A stretch of DNA of 56,367 nt, the filler included, from Sphacelaria rigidula (Eukaryota): NCBI GenBank assembly GCA_964200075.2. It is 3 parts of 3 records of this genome, joined end to end, with 100 filler letters (N's around TTAATTAATTAA, not from the genome) between each part and the next. Parts side by side here need not be neighbours in the genome. Positions count along the whole stretch, not along the records: positions 37,657 to 56,367 come from CAXNAA020000807.1; 2 more parts are not named here. One strand, 5' to 3'. Position numbers and translations under genes: made by a program. The stretch's first letter is position 1; each line of letters opens with the position of its first letter. Shown here piece after piece: positions 48,001 through 56,367 of this stretch. The notes beneath the pieces are model-generated. The model had not been told where the DNA came from and did not search any database. It was given only the letters and a program-made list of their open reading frames with translations.

Positions 48001-51000
48001 GACCGTGAGGGTACTTGATCGGGGCCATGCATACTTTTTTCGAGTGAAATTGTTGCCGATTCAACAAATGACGTACTCTCACGGTCAAAGTGTCAAGGTT
48101 AAAAAAATATCAAGTAAACTGGACGTTTCACCGAAACGTCCCTAATCAATTAAGTCGTGAAGGAAACAACTCCCGGAGACCCAAAAATTTAGAGCTCGGA
48201 AACGGTTTGTCTAACCGTTTTCCAATTGAATGCTTGTGCGTAGCGCAACGATTAATCAGTTGAATGGTACATAATGATTTGATCATCGGGCGGCGCAGCC
48301 GCGGGCCAAAAAGACCCCCCCTCCCCCCCCTGACATAAGGGGCCCCGCTGGAGGCGCCGTGCCGGAGGCACGTGTTTACGCGACCTGGCTTCACAAGAGC
48401 TGAAAGATTCGTTCAAATTTGGCCAGTTTTCAAGGGCTGCATGTAGCGTACGCAGCCGGTATCGGCTTATAAAGCCGGTAACGGTAAATAATGGTTTGAA
48501 AATATATATATAAATTGAAAATATATAAAGTCGGTAACGGTAAATAACGGTTTAAAAATATACATAAATTGAAAATATATAAAGGCCGTAACGGTAAATA
48601 ATGGAAGCTTCATATAACCATCACCATTATGACCATTGTAATGATACTGGCCAGTTATAACTGGTACAAGTTCCGAGATCTACAAAAAATAGTAGTGTTT
48701 GCAGTTGCTTCCAAAGTTCAGAGAGGAACAACTCGAGATGCTGTCACCAGCTGATGGTCACGCCACCCCCGTCTCCCGGATCTCACAAACCTCGGACTAA
48801 CCCGCACACCGTTGTTGACACCTAACCGTAGATGTGCTTGCCCGTATACCTTACGTTCACTTTCTGCTTCTACCGCACTAGACCGTCCCGCCTGATGACT
48901 TTCATAACACTTTCACCAATGTGTTATGAAATAAATGGCTTGTAGAAACTTCAATCGCCATGAACATCTTGGACAACTCCACCCGCTCCTGCACAAAACA
49001 TCAATTCTTCCCGAACGCAAAATCGAGCGTTTTAGCTATGCTCTAGCGACAGGGTTGCTCGTCAACTTCACGGGAGGGGTGATCTGATTTTTTTTTTGGG
49101 GGGGGGTCCATCTTGTGTTCCCTTTTTCCAAAAAATAAGAACCCAACCCTAACCACTCTCAACCAACAACCCCACCTTCTCCCAAACAACAATCAAATGA
49201 TATTTTTCATTTCACTTTGATGTATATTATCGGCTGGTATAATCATGATGAGTTTATTTATTCGGTAGCATTTAAGGAGCAGACGAGCCGAAAATCGGCT
49301 GAATTTTGTCAGTGGAACAATGTAGAGCACACGAGCACGCATACACAAGCCCACAGCAGCAGCACAGCAGTCATGTGTTCAATATTTTAGCTCAACCTAC
49401 TGCATCGGTACTCAAGCACCCCATCTTCTCGCACTGCTGATGTGTTTTACTTCAAAGCACTCTGAAATATGAAACATGTTTGCTTTAAACCTGTCTGATA
49501 GAAAGGGAAAAAAATCTCTCTATATATAATATATATATATATGTACCCAGAATGCACTCGCGTATCGACGAAGCTTCCTGTTGAATATCAGCAGCTCACA
49601 TTATATATCACTCCGTACGTACACTGTCGCGTCGTGGATGTGACTGACGAGAAAAATGATCGATGCGATGCGCGCGAATTTTCTTTTCCCGTCCCGCTTC
49701 TTGAAAGCAGTACTTGGAGATACCCTCCCCCACTCCGGCGTGCCACAGGTATATATGTAAACAGCAGTAGTCCATATTCCAGACAAGCCCAGCAGTAATC
49801 TATACTAGGCAGGACAGCACTGATGCCTACCAGATGTCATTATTCATCCTTTCGTGTAAGAACACGATGTCTGCTACCCCTTGGCCGCGAGGGTAGACCA
49901 TCTGGATCACGCATACTTGGTTCGAAATGAAATTGAAGCCGATTCAACAGATAGATGACCTATGATCGTGCTCAGAGGGATGAATCCGTTTTTAGTCTGG
50001 CCCGGCTTGTAGCGTATGTCGGCGCTCTGATACATAGAACGACGAAGATCCGTTTAGCGGCATTCCACACGCGGAAATATTGTCCCAGACATGAATGATG
50101 TCTTGGTTTTCTGGCCGTATCGTTGGAAATGTGTTCCGAAGTACCACTGACGGCGCCACACACGGAGTGTATGTGGCATGGGATACTGCAGTTTGCGCAG
50201 AGTAGGCCGATGCCTGATGGAGATCAGCGACCACGGACTATTCCGTCTTGATCGACTCATACCAATAATAACCCTCTCCTCTTGTTTGTTTTTTGTCTGT
50301 GTGTGTGCGTGTTTTTTTTCAGTTTACTCTGTTCGTTTGTTCCATTTTCTTGTTTTTTTTCACACTTTGTGGGGTGCGAGCGTTTCCCTTCCGTTCATGA
50401 TACTTGAGACATGAGACCACGGCTGGGTCCCTCGGGGATAAGTTGATGTGCAGCAAGCAAGCAATTAATCTCCACCAAACGCCCGCCTCTTTTCGCCTCT
50501 CATGCAATCATTTTCCTCCTCCACTTTGTTGCTCGCTACTATACGATGGAAAAATATATATGCGAAAAAAACACCAGGCAGAGCAGTTCCTGACGGCCGG
50601 TTACGCCGAGGTGAAGCTGCGCCTGCTAGCGGAAGTGGTGGAATTGGTCATGAGCACGCACCACTCGCTCGCCGACAACAACAAGGCTTCAGTCAACTCC
50701 AACCATGGCTCGCCAAGCACCATCAGCGGTAGCAACGGCGGACAAGGCAGCGCTGCAGTCGCGCAACGTCGTGCTACTGCCGGGACCGCCAGTGGTGGTG
50801 GGCGAAGTTCTACTAGGGGCAGCAGCAGCGGCGGCAACAATGGTCCGCCCTGGGGCGCTCCATTTCCCGGCCCTCCTCACCCTCCGCGATCGGGATTCGA
50901 CGACCGCGGCGGTGCGATGATGGGAAACAGCAGCAGCAGCGGCAGCAGCCACGGCTGCGTTCAGGTCGTACCACACAGCCCTCCTGCCGCGCACGGGCCC

Positions 51001-52200
51001 AGACATCAGCACCCGTCGATGCCCCTCGACGGAGCCTTTCTCGGCGGTGGTAGCGGCGGCAACGTCGGCCGCATGGGTGGCGGGAGCGGAGGTCTATTAA
51101 TCAGCGGCGGTGGCGGCGGCGGAAGCGGTCACCACGACCGCTACCACCCTCAATATATCTCGTCGAGTCTCACCGGCTTTAACGACGATTTGAACGCTCC
51201 TCCCCCCCTGCGTTTAAGCAGGAACGGTCCCGGCTCGTGCCCGGGCCCCTCTGCCCACTCCTCCTCGTCCACGTACGCTACAGTCCCGCGTGCCCGAAGC
51301 TCGTGGAATGCCGGAGACCCTCGCCAGCACGAGCACAAAAACACGGTGACCGGTGGGGACTGGGTACGAGGCCCCGGGTCCTGGGGTTGCGGAGAAAACG
51401 CGCATAGTATGGGTCGACTTCTTCCCGGAAGCCTCCCTTCAATGACTGGTGCCCCAGGTGACCCTCACTCCGGTCCCTCCTTGCCGCTCGGTCCCCTACA
51501 CACCCTCTCTCAGCAATCACATCTGCAGCAGCTGCAGCAGCAGTTGGTAGTGGATGAGGGGAGTGCTACCGCCGCCGCGGAACCCGTCAGCAGCGGTGGT
51601 GGTGGTGGGTGCGGTGGACAGCAATCAGACTGGGCGGCGGTGCAAAAGGCGTTTGGAGCTCCTAGCTCGCTGCACCTGCCGCTGCCGCCGCCAACAATGG
51701 TGCCGAGCAGCCCACACTCGGGATCTACCGCGCCCAAGTTGCTGTCGCTACCTTCGTCGTCGTCCTCGTTGACTTTGGTCACGTCAGCCTCCACGCCCCT
51801 GGAGACGTCGATGGCGGGGTACATGAGCAAACACGACGGCTTTGGGTACGGTATTGGCGTCGGCGGTGGCGGCGGGTGCGACACCGGTACGGAAGGCACG
51901 GCGGTAGATAGTGATATCAGTGGAGAGGGGGGCAGCGAGCACAGTAGCAGTAGTGTCGGCGGCGGAAGCAGGGGCGGTGCGGGTTCTTTTGGCGGGGGAA
52001 TGGACGGAGCGGGTGACGACGCCGTGCTGTCGTCATTGTCCGCGGCGATGACCCGGACGCAGGTACAGATCGAGGCCATGCTGGAGCGACAGTCCCGTGC
52101 TTTGGATGAGAGGATGGGGGGTATCGAGACAATGTTGTCAACCCGGCTGTCCCTGTTGGAGGGTAAAATACATGGACTCGAGAACCACCGCGCGTCCTAG
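45086..52200 (+). CDS. CEP44: Centrosomal protein of 44 kDa homolog, two exons (45086-45460, 50578-52200), about 665 aa
   Basis: Phase-0 intron ACG|gtgagt ... cag|GCA joins LKALLRRVHFP...GIVGGDPRAALIVLHWTLLDMSP...DFKFVTTCLNMLRDEFGCRPQLT to AEQFLTAGYAEVKLRLLAEVVELVMSTHHSL. This matches the CEP44 N-terminal domain as I recall it (GDP, LLRDxF, LT..QF...GFAE.K). The C-terminal LSTRLSLLEGKI resembles the CEP44 coiled coil. Confidence 0.9.
47600..47930 (-). repeat. SINE-like family A, copy 3, in the CEP44 intron
   Basis: Reverse-complement homology to 18831-19195; B-box ggttcgaatc on the minus strand near 47900-47909. Confidence 0.65.
48468..48604. repeat. About 55-bp AT-rich tandem repeat (2.5 units)
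   Basis: tataaag.c.gtaacggtaaataa.gg units start at 48468, 48524 and 48578. Confidence 0.85.
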
Positions 52201-54572
52201 CAGCATCCCGTGAATAATACGTGAGCGTGAATGTGCAGTGATGCGCTATTACTGTCACGTTTTACTGTAAAGCCTACTGTGCGTTTTTCTTGCTTGTTTC
52301 CGTGCTGAAGCCGCTGAGGACACGCGGTGCTGAAAGGCTGCGTTGGACTTTTTTCGAACTCGAGTACACAAGGTATATTTTGTGGGGTGTAGAAAACCGA
52401 AGTTTTGGTGAAGGGAAACAAGTGTGCGCGTGTATTTGGAGGACGACGAGAAAGAAAAAAAAAAGCGGCTTGGTGTCATAGTTTGGCTGTTTGGTTGACA
52501 CACCGAGCGGCTGGCTCAATTTGTGGTACAAAAGGCGGGTAATTGCTCGCGAGAGATACGCGCCGTGGTTAGTGTCTATTTGTTTTTCAACGTCGTATCG
52601 GCTCCATTTTGTTGTTCTCCCGCGATCGGCGGATTTTACGGATGGAGACATTTTGCAAGTGAATTGAGCGGCAGGGACACGGGAAGGCACAAAACGGTGT
52701 ACTGATAGAGGCGTCCGATGAAAAAGATACATGGCTGTTTCTTCTTGTGTTTCATCCTTACTGCTAGATGGACAGGATGATTTAGTGCTGTAAGCAGAAA
52801 AGGCTTGAGCATTCGGGAGGAGACCTCCCGACACGTCACAGCGCGCGCGTGTGTGTATTGTGATTTGTACGTATTCATTTTTACGTAATTGCGGATTGTG
52901 ATTTTGGCATGCAATTGTGGTGGGGGTAGGGACAGAGGCGACATCCTCAGGAAACGTACGCCCTGGCATTGCTTCCGAGTTGAGATTTTCCTAGCTTGAC
53001 ACGATTATGTTTATCCCGTTTTTGTTTTGACGCAGCAGAAGGTATTCCGTTCACCTGCGGTATACACACGAGGACGGAGTTTTGGTGGGGACCGTCGCGT
53101 AGCGTGTTAGAGCTCTGGTGCCCGAGCGCAGCTCGCACGGGCATAGCTAATTATTAGTTTCGTGTGAAAAAAAAAAAGGAAAAAATAAGTAAGACGGCGC
53201 GCACAGCTGCGAGCATCAATTTCACATATATTAGCGGTGATATTCCCATGCAACCAACAGGGATATAGGTAAAAAAGAGAGATGGCGAGAGAGCGGCCCG
53301 TCCTCGATTATCCCACTCTAACGACACGTTTCCCGCTTTATTTTCGTTGGATCCTGTACGTTTGAAAAATCGCCAGCAGCTGAAGACATTACTCCTCTTT
53401 TTTTCGCGGAGGGGGAATGCCGAGCGGCGCCGAGGTAATTAGGGGTGAGTAGGAAGGAAAGGGTCGGGGCGAGCCGTCATGGTCTCGTGGAGTAGCGCAA
53501 CAGGTGCAAGGACTAGTGTCTGGTAGAGTCCTGGTAGGTTAACTGTAGGGAAAGGCGGAGCGCCCGGTGGATGGAACGACCGAGATTGAACGCGATGTTA
53601 CGCTGCAGTCATACAGAAATAATAGTTGGTTGCCTCTAGTCATCAAATGATGGCAAGGAGGGAAGGGAACGTTTAGGCCTTGCGGTGAAAAAGTCTCGTT
53701 TGTTTTACACGGTTGGAACACATTGTTGCAATCCTCGTGTCTGTTGTAAGTGCTGTAATTGTTGTGAGAACGGTTGAGGGGGGCGGGGGCAGCGGTGAGG
53801 GTTGACGGTTTCACCCTGACTGACTGTAACTGTGAGATTACTGCACCAAAAATATGTTCGCCGTGTCATCATCGCGTGTAGTACTGACGCCATAGCGCAT
53901 ATGTTGTGTCTTGTGGATTAGTGTTCTACAGAACTCTGTATCAAAGGAAGGACGGGAGACAGGGTGAGGGCTGTGGACTGTTGGACGACAGAAGGGGCTG
54001 AGAGAAATTGACCTTCTTTTTCTTCTTTTTCTTTTTCTTTTTTTTTAATAGTTTGGGTACGATTTGGGACGTGTCCAGCGCATGGAACGCGCGTCGAGAA
54101 TTTGGAGGACCCTCTCGAATATGTTGTGCGATCTATCGTATCTGTCTTAGACCTGTTTTGTTTTGCTCGGCGCCAGCTACCATGAGTCAGACTTGCTGGT
54201 GTGTAGTACTTGCTGTGAAACCGTGCACTTTATCCGTCTTTATTATTGTCTTGATTTCCAAGCGGGACGCGGGGAGAGGATGGCCGTCGTCATCGCCGTT
54301 GTAGAATCCACGGTACATTATTGTTGACTGGTTTTCCCTCCCGCGAGATTCCGTCTACCATACCCGTGCGTGTGAGACGGCCGGCGTGCGTATCGGTATC
54401 GGTTTTGTTCCTTTTTTGTATTTCGAAAAGGCAGGCGTGTACGCTACTCGTTTGTTGTCTCGTGTCTTCCGACTCGATATATATCGACGTGCTGTATACC
54501 GTACTACTACTGGGTTTTCGGCGGTACGGTGGTGAAGTTTCGACACACGGTGGTGCTGCTGTGTATCGTCTC

Positions 54573-54641
54573 GTGTGTGTGTGTGTGTGTGTGTATGTTT
54601 CTGTGAACGACAGGGGGAGTGTGTGTATGTATGTGTGTGTG
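54573..54641. repeat. (TG)n microsatellite tracts
   Basis: gtgtgtgt runs at 54573-54594 and 54619-54641. Confidence 0.85.
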
Positions 54642-56367
54642 CGTAAAAACCAAACATTCGTTGTGGTACCATTATCGGTCCTGATCTCTCTCCCCCCCCC
54701 CCCTCCCTCACGTTCGTCTGAACCGTTGTCTCTTTGAGTTTCCTCCTTGGGGTTTTCCTGTGTTTCTGCTGCTTGAGCAGCAAGCAGGCACAGGAGTAAA
54801 GAGACTATTGACAACAACATCGATGACGATGACATCATATGCCGTCATTACGGTACAGACAGTGCTTTTGTTGTCGCTGCCACGTGTAGAACTGTCAGCG
54901 GTTTTTTTTTCTCCCAAGGCTTGCATATTTCGGCCTTGTTTTTTTTTTATCTGTTTCTTTCTCGTTTTTTTTTAATGTGAAACACGTAATAAACATAGAT
55001 ATTCCATGAAATTTATGAAACACCACCAATCGGGGATGAAGAAACGGTCGGTTGGAGCGATTTTTTCGGGAAGAGATCACAGAATACAACGACAGAGTTG
55101 TTACGGAGGTTTGCCATAGCAGAATACCGAGTAGAGTGCCGGCCGGGGGGTCGAACGTGTAAGACGGGCCATGTGCTGTGTTGGTGTTGAAATGGGGGGT
55201 CATTTTTGTGGCGTAGTGCATACAGTCTCATGACAGAGCAGTATGCGTACTGTACCCTGCCTGGATGGAGATGACGGGCTCTTGCCGGATAGGACATGAC
55301 AAGGTTCAAGAACTTGTGGGAAGTCGGTGATGTCAATGCACGACGCGTAATTTGGATGTACACACTTGATAGGTGGTAGATGTGTTACGATTAACAGGTT
55401 AGCATGTGAAGTAGATGCACGGCGACCGGGCCGTGTCGGACGGCGGTCATTTTTTTTTGTCGGTGTTTGTGGGAGTGAGTGTAGCGATAATCAGCAGCGT
55501 TTGTTTTTCGTCGAGAGTTCCGATTGGAAGGCCAATTATCAGTGGCCAGCGATGAGAGGGGGGGGTGTTTTTCGTCGCCCCAGCGAGCGGAGCAGTAGGC
55601 GATAACACTATAATAGCTGAAATCACAAGTTGAACGTGTAGTACATGACGATTGGTAATGCGTACAAGCGGTAAAACGCAATTTACTTTTATGATATCTG
55701 GGGGAAAAGTGGTGTACTGCAAACTCTACTCATGTTTTCCCCCGAGGCTTCTTCATGGTTTGTTCGTCGTCCGCCGTTCCTCCCACCGACAAGCAATCGA
55801 TCGAGTATCGCATGACGAGCCTGAGTCATGATGAGGGCTTGCCTCGAGAAAACATCTCACGGGAAATTGCACGGGACGGGACGGCAGGAACGTCCGTCTC
55901 CGTCGTTGTTTTTCCCACGATGACAACACGTGTGTGTGTTCATCTCGTCCCGTCCACACGGGAATTCCCGTCCAATCTGACGGGAGCTTATTGGAACACT
56001 TATTTGCACATGCGGGACGTGGGAACATGATTCTATTGATTTTCGACTCGCGTCCGTTCTGCAGCCCAATCTGGCTTTTCACATCATGTTCGGATGAAGG
56101 GTCCCGACTATCGTCACCATAATTGAAATACAAAATGAATAATACCACTCTGAGCCGTAACATGAGCCGCATTTGGAAATGCCGTGATGTAAGCCACATT
56201 TGGATGTACCGTCATGGAATAGTTGTACAGCGGTTCTAAAATAAATGCGTTGAAGTGATTTTGAGTGAATCTCAAGTCGGAGGAGGAGGGGGGGGGGGGG
56301 GGGGGGTCTGCTCATGATCTTGCATGCCATACAGTACCGGCCCGCTAGTAAGAAACTGAAAAATCAG

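Noticed and set aside
51510..52079. 189-aa minus-strand ORF and neighbouring ORFs
   Set aside because: Antisense shadows of the GC-rich CEP44 exon 2.
534..52200. Apparent cluster of cilium/centriole genes (CFAP54 and CEP44)
   Set aside because: They lie on different segments separated by artificial linkers, so there is no evidence of linkage.
52274..52969. 231-aa minus-strand ORF downstream of CEP44
   Set aside because: No motifs, UTR-like composition with homopolymer tracts; probably antisense to the CEP44 3' UTR.

Overview
This is eukaryotic, intron-rich, repeat-rich DNA. Its style suggests a stramenopile, probably a brown alga (my inference). The window is not one locus. Two identical 100-nt linkers (N44-TTAATTAATTAA-N44, at 18731-18830 and 37557-37656) join three segments of 18730, 18726 and 18711 nt, which look like size-sorted unplaced scaffolds. 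Segment 1 holds the 3' part of CFAP54 (+ strand, about 10 exons, stop at 8371) and, converging on it, an uncharacterised multi-exon gene (- strand, about 9312-17888) with an internally repeated motif. Segment 2 holds the last two exons of an HTATIP2/TIP30-like NAD(P)-binding oxidoreductase (- strand). These are followed by about 16 kb of SINE-like repeats, MITE and foldback elements, a TA-flanked non-autonomous Tc1/mariner-type element, palindromic tandem arrays and decayed ORFs. Segment 3 holds a multi-pass membrane protein gene (- strand) head-to-head with a two-exon CEP44 gene (+ strand). I found no CRISPR array, rRNA or bona fide tRNA, and no convincing novel multi-gene system. The best leads are the unknown repeat-containing protein, the long foldbacks and the repeat families. 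Exon models were built by eye from splice signals and phase, and need RNA-seq confirmation.
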